Positions 1 through 13,484 are shown, counted from the first letter of the stretch. The stretch is 64,000 bases of DNA from Leptogorgia sarmentosa (GCA_964658305.1 OZ210885.1:9114001-9178000); one strand, 5' to 3'. Notes: generated from the sequence alone by a model not told the origin. Program-made: numbers and translations.

Positions 1-1683
1 TCAAGACCTTTCGGTGATTTCAACGAACAAAGGCAACTGATACTTGTAGGTGAATCTGCAGATATCTCACATCATAACAGTGAGAATATTTCAGCGCATA
101 TTATGAAATTTCACACTAATAATCAGTCACTATATCAGTGCATTACATAGGAGCGATATGTAAAAATTATGTTAGGTTAACCTTTTCAGTTTTAAAACCT
201 ACAATATTTTTGCAAATACTTCCAAATCATTCTGAGTCATGTCTCGTATTGCATATTTCAATAAATATGAGTAGACCTTGTCTGTGCTTTTGCCTTGTTT
301 TATGGTTATGCAAGCTATAACAATAACATGTGTAGGTATAGCATTATATAACACGCTGAAACGGGAAATATTCAATTCGAATCCGTGCGCCATTATACAT
401 TTATCCATCTTAGAATAATTCACATTTCTCGTATTGTATAGCATATTTGAAGATCATTTTGCACCGCATTCCAAAGGCATTTGCGAGTGTACACAGTCTG
501 CATTCCACAATAATCGCGTTGGCTAATTGACACTAGAAATATGATGTTTGTTACCTTTATTTGAGTACGTCTATCGCAACATTTTGAATAAATCTTTTCT
601 TGTGCTATATCGTACGGTCTTTACGTTCAAAGTACTAAACATAAAAGTGTAAAGACTTCGGATCCCTAATAGATAATCTTCTTTTAGTTTCAAAACGAAA
701 GCGAAAATAAACATTAGGCCGTACGTATGCCGAGAGCAGTGCGACAAAATATTGAAACCTGACACGTTAAAAATACATGACATGTTGCTTGGGAAACAAA
801 TAAAACTTCAATCAAGAGTATCGAAAGGGGGTTAACATACGCAGTTTAATTCCCTCACAGTTGACTATGGCCTCTTTCTACTACGTACGACTTGTGTTAA
901 TTATAAATTGCATTGCACATCAATTTGCATGGTCTGTTATAATTTAGTTGGTGTAACTGTAAAATTATGACTTAAAGCATTTAAAAATTAGTAATAGATA
1001 CCATATAGTGCCATAGATTAACTCGGAATAAAAATAGGTGCGGAAATCTAGCTATAAAATAGTAAACCAGAATATATCGCCAATCTCTCAACGCCTCTCG
1101 TGAATACCGCTGGGTTACATTAGTGCATGATGAAAATGTTTATTGGTACTGAAGCAGATAACCTTGATTGTCAATGCTTGAACTCATTAATTCCAATCCA
1201 TGTACCTTATTATTTTACTCTGATGTCAGATGATATTACGTACTGACAAAAAGAAAGCGATGCTTATCAAATGACTTACCCATTCAATTGAAAATACACC
1301 TTGATCAGTACTACTTTATCTTTGGACACATTGTAATGCCAGACAATTCATATTTCATTTGACAAGCGAAAACCACTGTGTTTCTAACGAGTTAGCAAAA
1401 AAAGTCCTCCAGAATGCTCAGTTAGAGCATTAAACTGCAATATGGCCCGATACACCCTTCTCAATCAACCAATAACTGATGGCGCAATCTTAACTCCTGA
1501 GCTAACCTTTATGCAAGCACTTGATTAGCAACAATCTATCCAGTATAAATACTGTCAGATTGGTCAGGCAGGAGCAGTGCTTGTAATAGACAGATTACTA
1601 ATCATGTAATGTAGCACTGGAACTGCCATAGGCTATTTTCTTATCCATGGTGATCGACGACTGTGCTTATCACAGGAAACTTA

Positions 1684-2061
1684 GGGCTATCTGTAAAACC
1701 CGGAACGGGGAATCAGGGAACGGAACGAGGAACGGAACGAGGAAGAGGAAAACCCGGAACATGAAAAGCCGGAATCTGTAAAACCCGGAACATGAAAAGC
1801 CGGAATCTGTAAAACCCGGAACATGAAAAGCCGGAATCTGTAAAACCCGGAACATGAAAAGCCGGAATCTGTAAAACCCGGAACGAGAAAAGCCGGTATC
1901 TGTAAAACCCGGAACATGAAAAGCCGGAATCTGTAAAACCCGGAACATGAAAAGCCGGCTTTTCATGTTCCGGGTTTTACAGATTCCGGCTTTTCTCGTT
2001 CCGGGTTTTCCCGTTCCTCGTTCCGTTCCCCGATTCCCCGTTCCGGGTTTTACAGATAGCC
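1684..2061. mobile_element. Foldback MITE with 31-bp subterminal tandem repeats (MULE-like)
   Basis: TIR GGCTATCTGTAAAACCCGGAACGGG / CCCGTTCCGGGTTTTACAGATAGCC; internal 31-bp unit repeated about 6 times, then inverted; flanking 9-bp duplication GGAAACTTA (1675-1683, 2062-2070). Confidence 0.8.
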
Positions 2062-4069
2062 GGAAACTTATGTTCGTATCTTTGTTAGACAGTATAGTTA
2101 GGAATTTAGGTACTTATGAGTTTACGTAGAGAAAAGGTGTGCTGCTGCCCAACATCGAGCAGTATTAGTTAAGGTTTTCCTGGAGTGAGAATCTACACGG
2201 AACTGTCTAAAGATAAAGTAAAGTAGCTAAAGTAGTAAAGTCTAAGCGCTATTGGGGAAACATCTGTAAGTTATTCTTATTATCCATAGTTTTTAACTGC
2301 GTGTTACATCATATTGTATTTCAATAAATATGATTAGGTAACATAGAACACAGCTGAAACGGGAACTATTGGTGCGAGTGACTCGCGCGCACTCGCTACG
2401 CGCGAGTCGAGTGTATGTTACTCGAGGACGGTACTGTAACTTGATACAAGAGCTTTCTTTATGGCATGGAATATGTTGTTAGCAACCAAACAAAACATCT
2501 GGCAATTAAACACAAAACGAATGTGTTGATATATTGTTGGCACCAGACAACACTTTGCTACGCGTCTACTGTACAAAAGAGGCCAGCGAAACCGAAATTC
2601 AGAAATTGGAAATTGGAACCGTCTTACAGGTGAGCTTATACGTTATACGTTAAACAAATATAGGATCAGTGGATTTATATATTCCGCATCTTGAATTTAT
2701 GCAAAGAAGTTGTACAATGTTTCATGCAAAGTTAAGACAAAATATGGCAACATGATAAATAATACTCACTTTGAAAAACATGGGTCATTAACAACGACAC
2801 CGTACCTTAAAAACCTCGCACTCTAGTTCACTAGTTGAGTGCTTACAACGACTGATAATTTCAGTAGACGGCTCAGGCATGTTACCATATAGTAACTTTC
2901 CTCTACAATAATTGATTTTTTCGGTAGTCAAAATATTTTGCTATTTACATTTTGCCGTTAAGAGAAAAACCTGAAGCTGTCATCATCAACATAGCTGCAA
3001 TTCGACAGATCCTGTGTGTAAACTGACCCATTTTGGTAAATAATATTTGAGATAAATTGTCCCTCATTAGCCATTTAAGTTTGAGATGTTTGCGGCACAT
3101 GGCTAACCGCAAACGGCAATTCGTATATTGAGTTCTGCTGTTCGTTGTCCGAAGTTGGGCTGATTCAGAAAACTGAAGCGTGAATCATTTTTACTGCCGA
3201 AAACTTGTAGAACTTATTTTTAAATAGGTGTCTCGATTGTCTCTTGTTTGTATGCGTTTGCATTCTTGCGTTGTGTGTTTGCGTCTCAACAACAATCGAG
3301 AGCAGTAAGCGGAGGTTCTTTCAATAAGGCAGGCGCTATACGACGCTTTTTCGTCGAATATAATTCAGACGAATTTATTTCTATCAATAAATGCGAGTCA
3401 AATGCGACGTATAACTCGATTAAATTCGACGGGTCGTCGGGGTCGAATTAAATTCGTCTCACTCGCATTATCCAATGTATAGATCCATTGTTTTGGTGAA
3501 AATACGCATGCGCATATTAGCTATACTCGCACTGTCCACGCGCAGATAGGATATACGGATTTTCCCTGTGGGTTTTCCCTAATTTTTTCAGTAAAAACAG
3601 CATAGAATGACAGAATAGACATCAAAACTTGTGATATTAACGAATAAAAAAGAACAAACACATAATCACAAACATATATAATTATATATATTCAGTGGCT
3701 ACTGTTTCAAAATATCGTTTTGATGTCAAATTCTACTTGTACATCCTAATTCAAGCAGTAAACAACGAAGCAGGGTAGCTCGCCGGCTCGCACAAGTGAA
3801 GGACCTTTAACTGTAAAAGAAGGTGCAGGCCCCAACTGGAAAGCTGTTATGATGGATAATTATATATAAATTAGTCATTACTGAAAAAAATCCCTCTTGT
3901 TGCATTCCGAGGGCCTAAGCTCAAAACCAAAATACATTATGTATTCTACAGAAAGCTATCTAGGCTTTTGTCTGGAAAATTTATATTTCTGTATATATTT
4001 GAACTATTACATAATTAAGTTGTTATCTGGAATGCTGAGAAAGAAATGAACCTGAGACTTGAGCACCCT

Positions 4070-4577
4070 CAGTGGCCTAACGGAGGGGTGTCAGGGTGTC
4101 AAGTGACGGGGCCCCCAGCTTTAAGGGCCCCCGACAAAAATTACTATAAAAAATTTGACAGCACAATTCTAAGAAATTCAATTACGAAAAACAGGCAGAT
4201 TGGAAGCTAGCTGTTGTTGAGTTGCTCATTAATAATGTTATTATGTTATAATTTCACGAAAAACCATGCTGGCATGCAAAGTCAAACAAAAACGTGCAAA
4301 GACGCGCGAATCCGAACTTTGCATAGGGTTTTCACAGTCCAAATTGACGAAGTCTGTACGAATGGGGATTTTAGTATATTTCCAATAAAATGCAAATATT
4401 ATTTGTGTTCAGGATCCTTCGGAAGCATAATCTCAACAATGTAATAGACCTTATTCTATAGCTATTAATATCTAAGTGTGGAGATTGCGATTGTGTAGAC
4501 ATAAGTTGTAGTAAATCCAGCCTATTTTGGTAGTTTTAGTGGAGCAAAGGGTGGAGCAAGGTGGTGTTACGCCACTG
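4070..4577. mobile_element. hAT-like non-autonomous element
   Basis: Ends CAGTGGC...GCCACTG; 8-bp TSD AGCACCCT on both sides. Confidence 0.75.
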
Positions 4578-7500
4578 AGCACCCTTCACACCGACACACC
4601 TAAAACCCTGGCCAGCCTAGACTATATCTTCAGAGTATACATAATAGAAACAAGAACAGTATAATTATACTTTATCAATTGGATTCGCATTATCTATATT
4701 TACACGTATATCTATATCTCCTGTCATGGGCAGGTTTAGCAGTCATCGTGGAAGGTAAAACGCACCTGGCGCTAATACAGCCACAAATCTATAAGACAAG
4801 TAACTTCGGCACGAATAACCAGTATATGGTATTTTGAAATAAAGAAATAAGGATTTGAGGAAAATGTCGAATGTCGAATTAAAAAATGTTAAATGTCGAA
4901 TATAAATATATTGACCATTATGTAAAATACACAAACTGGGATGTCAAATAAGAACTTGAATTTTGGCGGATATATAACGTCATAGATTTGAGCGTAGGCC
5001 TTTAACTAACAAGTAGAATCTTATTTAGGCGATACATAGAAGGCATGATTTAAAAGAGCCAAACGTATCTTGCCTAGTTGTCAAATAGTCATTGAAATTT
5101 TTTTTGAGATTTTCTTCTATTTTATGAATATCCTTTGAAAACGTTATTGTGCAAAGACACTTGTCATATCTTATCTATTTATGTACTTTATGAATGATTC
5201 AGTATAGCATCGCGTCATGTAGACTTACCAGCGTTAGCAGGTGGAGAAAGTCGAGAAACAGTGTTTTTTCAAATGTTTCTGAGTTTGGTAGAAAAAGTTT
5301 GGTTTTCCGGGAAGCAAGGAAGAGGATTTGCAATAAGAGCCAGTATTTCCAGATGTGGGAGGCAAGGAAGCATAAAAGCATTTGAACAAATATTGAAAAT
5401 CTCCTTGATTTTGTACATATACAGTGGGTCTACACAAAAAAAGGCTACCCTTTGAATTCAAGCGCTAGTGCCGAATTCTGTGTTATTTCAGCTGAACAAA
5501 TTCAATTAATGCGCAATGCAAGAACAAAAATTCACTGCTTTCTCATTTTAAGCTCATTAATAGGGAGTTAAAACCATTCCAATTAATAAGCAAAAATAAA
5601 TGTTCAAATTCAATTCAATTTTCGTTTCTTTTGATTGTAAAATCGGGGAAAACCACTGCGATGTACTAAGATAATATAACAGCTCAGTGGAAAAAACCCC
5701 ACAGGGGAACCCATTTGTCTTGTGCGCCTGCGCAGTGCAAATTTAGCAGACGTGCGCATGCGTATTTGCTACCAAAAAATGGCGGTTTGAATATTTCAAA
5801 GCGCGGAATTAGCAAACTTTGGGAGCATTTTTCTCCCAATTGTGCACCTGTTTCGCTTGGGGAGCAACGGATTCTGTTTTTATCTATTCATTCATGTGAA
5901 AATTATGTAGTTCCACGAGGGATGCAATGGAATCCGTTTTAAGCACATTTTCGATGCTCATCCTACGGCCTATATTGTAGATGTGTTCAGAGTGCGAGTG
6001 TAATCTAAAACCTTAGTGAATTGTTCTGACCAATAAACTACGAGTATAGGTGCGATTGTTACTGATTGTGCATTAATTTGACGTGTGTGCGTCACTGTGC
6101 GATTTATGTTGTCAAGGTGCGAAATTCGATATCTTTGTAGGTATAGTGTCTGAACAGAACAGTGCTTAATAAGTTCTATCGTCTAATCTAATAATGTTCT
6201 GTCGCTATTTCACGACAATAGGTACACATAGTATACATGTATCTGCGCCTATGTAGCTTGATGATCAAGTCTTATTTGTTTTCAGCTTTTCGATACACGC
6301 ATCTTATCTGTCCCTAATACGCGATCTTGCATGTATAAAATGGTTTACTGCTAGGGAATAGGCGAATAGCGCAAATACTACCTAATTCCTTTCAAGACGT
6401 GAGGTTATGCGGAGACGTATTCAATACTTGATATAAGCTTTCATGACTATCTCGCATTCCGGAATTTCCGAGATCATATATCAAATTGCATAAGGAATTG
6501 AAACTTGACGACATATGTTATCGCATTTTATGTTATTGCGTCTTTAAAATAGACACAGCGCCTTGCGATTGTTTGTGAAAAATGTGGCTCTCTAAAAACC
6601 AAATTTACCCTTCAATTTAATTCAACCATTCTGTATGGCGAAGCGTCAAAATATAGTAGATATTCCGTGATCACAATGACACCGCGGGCAATCCAAACAT
6701 GTACAGTGTGTCAGTGCGACAGTGCCGACACGCTAAAGTATAAAAGTGACTAAGTCACAAAGTCGCAGTCTAATTAAAATTGTTTGCTTACGGTGGCCTT
6801 TCTGTGAGCTGGCTCAGTAGCGCGTTTGTTAAGGATCGCAGCACACAACAAACCGAAGCGCGGTGGGGCTGGAGTTTCTTTTCGCCGGAAGACTTGTTTA
6901 TTTTTCTCAAAAAGTTTTGAAGACAATTTTTCTCGCTTCATAGTGTTTAGGGTTAGACTGTCATAAGGTTAGGGTCAGGAAATGAAGACGAATTTGATAC
7001 ATAGTGGCTTGGATGAGCAATCCGCTGGACAAAAAGCTTACTTTGAAACAGGGCCGGATCTAGGATTTTTCGTACGTTAGTCAAAATTCTGTGACGTCAT
7101 ATGTCCTGATGACGTAAGTGATGACGTCATGACAGTAGTTCATATATGATCAAGCAACAGGCGCAGATAATAATATGCTACCACGCGCGCGTAAATAGCG
7201 TAAGTTATGCAAATGACAGAGCACGCTTTAACATAAAGCACATTCTTTAGTTTCTCCATTTTCCATAATTCAACCATGCTCTCTAAGTATATATATCGGT
7301 AATTTGCTGTTCAGCCACCTGCGAATTAAACTGTGTGATAAATATTTTCGTAATTTATATCCAACGCTGTCAAATGTCCGCTAGTCGACCTTGAGGTGTT
7401 CATAGACTTCACCTCAAAAGATCAAATTTAGAAGACAAAGGTGTCTTCGAATATATCTTGCATAAAGTGTTACAGACCAAAGATACATTACTTATCAAAG

Positions 7501-7668
7501 CTGCTATTAGCAACCTGAAGGCTGAGTTTTAATACGATTCAACGATTACTCGATTAGTATAATATAAACACATAAGTATTTATATGTAATTATGAACGCA
7601 GTTTAACCTTTCAATCGAACGATTTGTTAAAATGCTAACGGCATTACCTTATTATCGCCATATATATA

Positions 7669-9186
7669 CAGTACCGTCCTCGAGTAACATACACTCGACT
7701 CGCGCGTAGCGAGTGCGCGCGAGTCACTCGCGAGTCGTTCGAGTACTCGCTTGACTCGTTACTCGCGAGTACGCGCAAATCATGTTGGCAAGAAATACTC
7801 GCTTCACTCGCAAAATAGATCACTCGCTGCAGCTATTTTCCCTTTCGTAAACGGTCGTTGCCTTCCAAAACGGTCGATGCCTTCCCTGCTCGCATTTTAA
7901 ATGCTACATAATGCATTCCACTATAAATTGTTTTGTTTTCGAGGATTTCCAGCGAGCTCGAAATTAGCGCAGACGGTTAGGCACGCGGTGCACCGCGTGC
8001 GTCGTAGTTTTATAGTTCAAGCCCCGGTTCGACACTTTTTTTCGCGTTCGTGATTTCAACTTAAAACTTCTTTTTTTTCAATATTTTTCCGACTTTTGTG
8101 GTTAGGGTTAGTATTTTAGGGTTTGGGTTGGGATTAAGCGTATTTCAAATTTTTAAATTTGTCAGTAAACTAAGCAAAAAGCGAGCAGGGAAGGCATCGA
8201 CCGTTTCGGAAGGCAACGACCGTTTACGAAAGGGAAAATTGCCTCGCTGCACTCGCGAGTATTTCGAGTCTGCGAGTATAAAACCGGTAAAAACACTAAA
8301 AATACTAAAAATCAATTTGTTAATGTAAAGTTTATGTAGACATAGGTACTCACCGCGTCATCAGGTATAAACACACATGTAATAATCACAAATAACCAAA
8401 GCAGGCGCTTTTCCCGTATTCGGTCAAAACTCCGTTGTCCTTGTATTCGATCAAAAGTCCCTTCCATAAGTTTTGTCAGGTTTGATGGCCGCATAGAGCA
8501 GAATGAATCACCGAATTTTGTATAGGTTATTTTTATTTAAGGGCAGAGCAACGCGTTTATACTGAAATGAATTGTTATGAATGCCAAGTTGACATGTTAT
8601 GAATGCAAGTTGACATGTTATGAATGCAAGTTGACATGTTATTAGCATAACAGTGATACAATGAGCGATGAATTTGCATTTGTTATTTGCGCTCAATTCA
8701 ATTGAGACATCTTCATTGTCGCGTTGCTCTGCCTTTGGATAAAAATAACCTATTCAAAATTCGGTGATTCATTCTGCTCTAAACGGCCATCAAACCTGAC
8801 AAAACTTATGGAAGGGACTTTTGATCGAATACAAGGACAACGGAGTTTTGACCGAATACGGGAAAACCGCCTGCGTTGGCTATTTGTGATTATTATATGT
8901 GTGTTTATACCTGATGACGCGGTGAGTACCTATGTCTACATAAGCTTTACATTAACAAATTGATTTTCAGTGTTTTTAGTGTTTTTACCGATTTTATACT
9001 CGCAGACTCGAAATACTCGCGAGTGCAGCGAGTGATCTATTTTGCGAGTGAAGCGAGTATATCTTGCCAACATGATTTGCGCGTACTCGCGAGTAACGAG
9101 TCAAGCGAGTACTCGAACGACTCGCGAGTGACTCGCGCGCACTCGCTACGCGCGAGTCGAGTGTATGTTACTCGAGGACGGTACTG
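7669..9186. mobile_element. Tc1/mariner-like MITE with very long TIRs, inserted at TA
   Basis: CAGTACCGTCCTCGAGTAAC... / ...GTTACTCGAGGACGGTACTG; arms of several hundred bp; TA flanks; empty site visible in the copy near 43500; terminal fragment also at about 2374-2436. Confidence 0.85.
7832..8242. mobile_element. MULE-like MITE carrying a tRNA-like cassette and TTAGGG-like motif
   Basis: About 60-bp TIRs GCTATTTTCCCTTTCGTAAACGG / CCGTTTACGAAAGGGAAAATTGC; 9-bp TSD CTCGCTGCA. Confidence 0.85.
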
Positions 9187-11324
9187 TACATACATCTCTT
9201 GGTCTGTTGAGATATAAAGGAAATCTACGCCGAAACTCATCCGATGCACGCGAAATCAACATTTCAGCGGCTGCGAAATCCTAACATTTTCAATTCGAAA
9301 ATTTATGTTGTTAACTTGTTATTGTATTGATATGAGATATCAACAATGTTACACGAAGCCAATCAGAGGAGGCGTTCTTTACCTTACTTTGCGCAAAATA
9401 ATCCAATCACAACCCTCCATCTAACTGCTGGATTAGTCAAAAAATCCACGTGCTTTAGTCAAAATTTCGCAATGATTAGTCAAAATCTTTTTGACCAATC
9501 AACACGCCTGTAATGTGTGGCTAGAGCAAATTGGACAAATCAAATTACATGATCTAAAACGCAGATTAGTCAATTCTCATTCGAATACCGCTTATTTGAC
9601 TAATCGGTTGACTAATCAATCGCTGGCTCAAAATGTGCAAAAACTGATCGAAGATGAACGCTGGAGTGTGATGGATTTTGATTGCGTATTGCGTAATTGA
9701 AATTTGAGAAGAGTTTCAATCAGTCGGAAAATAATTTCGAAACCTTGGTCCAAATTTTTCCCCCATGCCTTTGTTTTTACGTTAGTCGCGTGACTAATCT
9801 GACTACCCCTAGATCCGCCCCTGCTTTGAAATCCTGCCTAGGCTCCAAAATGAGCTGGAAAGTATCTATATGGATCGTCTTTCGTGGATGAAACAACTAA
9901 AGAATGATCCAGTGCATAAGAAAATAATGCAAACAAAAGATGCCTTTGTGAACGACGATAATTTTGATCCCGAAGAAGCTATTCAAGCAGCTTTTCATAA
10001 CAGAAAATTTCTCATCAAAAAGCTGTTAAATGATTACACCTTTACAGGGGACAGCGATGATGAAGACCATTTAACAATTAGATTACGAGGTCGAGATTTC
10101 TATGCGGTGATAGTTGATGAGGGCGAAGCCGAATCAACTATATCATCTCGTAGAAATCGAGAGCGAGTAATCTAATTGTTTTAGTAGAATCAGAGATCAA
10201 ACATGAAAATATTGCAAAAAATAATTTAAAAACGCGTCTCAGAAGACATTTTCTTGAACAAAAATTCACATATTTTGCTACTCGCTATCTATCGAGGAAT
10301 AGATATCGAGTAGAGTAGCCAATCAAATTGCAGCATTTGCAATAGTATACGAGTATGATTCTACTAATAAATATTAGATATCGATTTCCTAGAATGTATC
10401 TGTAAACTAAAATTCGCCATATGACTTGTAAAAGTACATGAACAATGTTTTTATGATTAACCTTAACTTTTTGGTCGATTTTGGTTACTTTTTCAACAAT
10501 TGAAAAACACCTCAAATATCAATGCAAACCACTTCAAAGTGTTTTTAAACGCATTTGGAGTGTTTTTAAATGACTAAGTGATTTTAAAAAAGTTGGAAAG
10601 TCCCCAAAATCGACCAAAAAGTAAAGGGGTTAATAAACTTGTTGCTAGAACATTAAGTCCCATTCGTTATTTCCCGGGTTATTGCCGCCATAACATACTA
10701 TCACAACTAGTAAATTCATTAAACCCCTTGCATACTAATTACTTCCAGTGGTAAAGTTTTGCATACTAATTACTTACCTCGCCGGATGTACCCTGTAACC
10801 TACTCACAAAAGCGGTTAAAATGAGGTCACACACTTGATGCAGTAACACAGACAACTCGTTAAAACAAGAAAACCATAATTTTAAACCGTATTTAGTTTA
10901 TTCGATTGATACATAATATCAAATATATTTACTTTTATATTTACGCATTTATTTGAAGGTGTTTGTTCCATTTGTTCCCGCCGTCCATAATATGGTAATA
11001 TTGCCCTTCCCAATTTAAAACAATAATTCACTTTAATCAAATCCGTCCAGGGGATCGCTGTTTAATCTATTTTAATCAACTCAAGGGACGATATCATTCA
11101 ATTCATTCAATACTTTTATATATAAGGCAGTGGACAGCTTGAAGCTTCAGTAGGCTTGGGTTCCTTGTCAAGATTGTTTACATGCATGATGGGCGAATGG
11201 CGACTCATAGATTCTCACTTGGATTATAATTATATGTATTATACTAAAACAAATGCATTCTGTATCTCTTGCAGTTGTAGTTTCATGAATTTTCACCATT
11301 GGGAAAATTGACTCGTGCAACGTT

Positions 11325-12482
11325 ATGGCCATCTCAAAACCCACTAGAAATTGCATTTTTTTCTACATTTTCCTGATACTCGTCGTTGTCAGCGGAACAT
11401 TAGTGGTGTATTTCAAAGAAGGCAATTTCTTCATTAAAAGCAGTGTTCTGAAAATATTTCCACCTGCATTGCCACACGCAGCTGTTGCCAATGATTCACA
11501 TAAACAAGACGAGAAAATCGTTCTGTTGTTTTGGTCCAAATTGTGGAAGAAACCAGCATCAAGAGCCGAGGGAGTTTGGGGGAAAGGTAACGAGCGCGGT
11601 CAATGTCCAGTGGCGTGTGAAGTTACAGCAAATCGTTCCCGTATTAAAGAAGCTAAAGCTTTTATTGTTCATGCAAGAGATCCAAAACCATTACCCCCGT
11701 CTAAGCATATTCCTTGGGTTCTTACTACTCTTGAAAATCCTGTTTACACCGGGGTATTAAAGGATCCAAAATACATGTCACAGTTTCATTTACTAAGAAG
11801 TTATCGACTGGATTCCGATTTTCCAACACCTCTATTCAAAAAACCAAATCTAGAACCCCCAATTGCTTTTGAAAACAAAACTGGAGGTATTATGGCCGCT
11901 TTCAGTCACTGCGAACGAGTGAGAACGGCCTACCTGAGAGAATTGATGAAATATATTAAAGTCCACTCCTATGGTGCCTGTTTACACAACAAAAATGGTT
12001 TAGCAAAGCGCTACAGTACTAATTTTAAAGAAGTTAAAAAAAATCTTGAACGGTCCTATAAATTTATTATCGTATTCTTTAACCAAGATTGTGATTATTT
12101 CGTTGACGATCAAATTCTTCATGCATTGAATGCTGGTGCAGTACCGGTAGTCATGAGTACAGATAAAATTTACGAATTCTTGCCAGGAAACCTAAAGAAT
12201 GCTATTGTGAATGTTAGAGATTTCAAGTCCCCAAAGGATTTGGCTGGTCGCCTCAGATTCCTAATGAACAATAAGACGGAGTACAATAAATTTTTGGAAT
12301 GGAAAACGAAAGGTCTGGGTGATATAAATAACACAATTATAGGACAATATTGGGACAGAAAATTTGGTCACTGGTGTCAAATTTGTGAGGCAATAGCTGA
12401 AGGAAAATGGCATAAGGAGGGTCTTAAAGCAATTTATTGCAAAGCAAGAGATTACAAAGACTGGGGGGTTAGAGCGGGGTAA
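11325..12482 (+). CDS. GT10 family alpha-1,3-fucosyltransferase-like protein (type II membrane), single coding exon
   Basis: 385-aa ORF; N-terminal TM; ENP and SYRLDSDFPTP motifs; SHC..R..Y..EL, VHSYGAC, YKF..F.N...GAVPVV and VRDFKSPKDLA..L..L..N..EY..F..WK. Confidence 0.88.
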   Translation: MAISKPTRNCIFFYIFLILVVVSGTLVVYFKEGNFFIKSSVLKIFPPALPHAAVANDSHKQDEKIVLLFWSKLWKKPASRAEGVWGKGNERGQCPVACEVTANRSRIKEAKAFIVHARDPKPLPPSKHIPWVLTTLENPVYTGVLKDPKYMSQFHLLRSYRLDSDFPTPLFKKPNLEPPIAFENKTGGIMAAFSHCERVRTAYLRELMKYIKVHSYGACLHNKNGLAKRYSTNFKEVKKNLERSYKFIIVFFNQDCDYFVDDQILHALNAGAVPVVMSTDKIYEFLPGNLKNAIVNVRDFKSPKDLAGRLRFLMNNKTEYNKFLEWKTKGLGDINNTIIGQYWDRKFGHWCQICEAIAEGKWHKEGLKAIYCKARDYKDWGVRAG

Positions 12483-13402
12483 AAAACAGTTAGGGGTATA
12501 GTGATGAGGGATAGCATTCGTGGGACCAAAACACTAATCTGTAAATTACTATAGCACTGACAGATTAGATTTGAAAAATTTCCAAGTCACATTTTTCAAA
12601 TCGAACGTTCTCAAATTTGTCGAAACCAAACATCTGAAAGTGACTGAGAAGTTTTAGATTGGCAATTCTACGTCTTGAATGAACACCACACACTGAAATT
12701 AACTACATCACTCACCCTTGCACCATGAAAACTAGAAAATCTACGAGTTCCTAAATGTTCCATGATATGTCAACCTTACTTAGCCAAATTTCAATAGAGA
12801 TGTGTCAATGTTTGAAATGTTCAATTTCTTTCTTTATTTCTTACAATGAAATGCATGATGTATTATGATAACCGATTTTGAAACATTGATATATTTTCTT
12901 GTTAATTGATACCATATTTTTAGCCTGTACGAACCTTAGAGATAATAAAAACTACCAAAAGTTGAGTTTTACAGGAACTATATTTACAGTAAAAAATAAA
13001 CAACTTCAGCAATAACATCAAACTAAGCTAAGCTATGAAGATTAACAACTTTATGTAGAAAACGAGCATGGGATTTTTTGTTCGATGTCAAAAATTGAAT
13101 AACCAGTAACTCCATTAACAAACGCGATTACTTCTAGGCCTTAAGGCCAGATTCCACGACGGCGAAATATTTCGCGAGAAATTGTGCCTGCGAAATGCGG
13201 ATGGTTGCACATGAACGATTCTATTGAATTCTACCACATTTTTCGCTTTCGCAGTGAGCACTACTGCTGACGTCTGTTTCACTAAAAAAAATTCTTTAGA
13301 AAATTGGCGTCTATTCACATTTCATAATATCGCAAGAATTCACTTCGAAATATGTTTTTACACGATTTACAAAAACTTATTTTACCAACATTTATCCTCA
13401 TA

Positions 13403-13484
13403 GACTCATCAGAGAATTGAACTCTGCACCCCTGGTTTACGAAACCTGTACTCCCTGTACTCTATACCCCTGAGCTAATGAGGC
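13403..13484 (-). pseudogene. tRNA-Thr(CGT) pseudogene
   Basis: Reverse complement GCCTCATTAGCTCAGGGG...TCGTAAACCAGGGG...GAGTTCAATTCTCTGATGAGTC; internal duplication near the D/anticodon junction. Confidence 0.7.

Larger units (their letters stand above)
7049..9823. mobile_element. hAT-like MITE (copy 1, interrupted by nested elements)
   Basis: TIR CAGGGCCGGATCTAGG / CCTAGATCCGCCCCTG; 8-bp TSD CTTTGAAA; near-identical uninterrupted copy at 42884-44139. Confidence 0.9.
6982..10175 (+). pseudogene. Small ORF split by a hAT insertion; resembles an uncharacterised Polinton/Maverick-associated protein
   Basis: 6982-7048 (MKTNLIHSGLDEQSAGQKAYFE) joins in frame to 9832 onward (ILPRLQNELESIYMDRLSWMKQLKNDPVHKKIM...RKFLIKKLL) once the element and one TSD copy are removed; family assignment is recalled resemblance only. 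Confidence 0.5.

Noticed and set aside
1..150. Open frame at the window start (SRPFGDFNEQRQL...CIT*)
   Set aside because: Could be a terminal exon, but it is too short and has no recognisable motif.
1670..2129. Repetitive ORFs (FRVLQIPAFHVPGF...)
   Set aside because: Artefacts of a 31-bp tandem and inverted repeat inside a MITE.
3490..5790. Diverged inverted pair (about 3490-3580 and 5690-5780) as ends of one element
   Set aside because: Similarity is patchy; no TSD or convincing transposase could be read.
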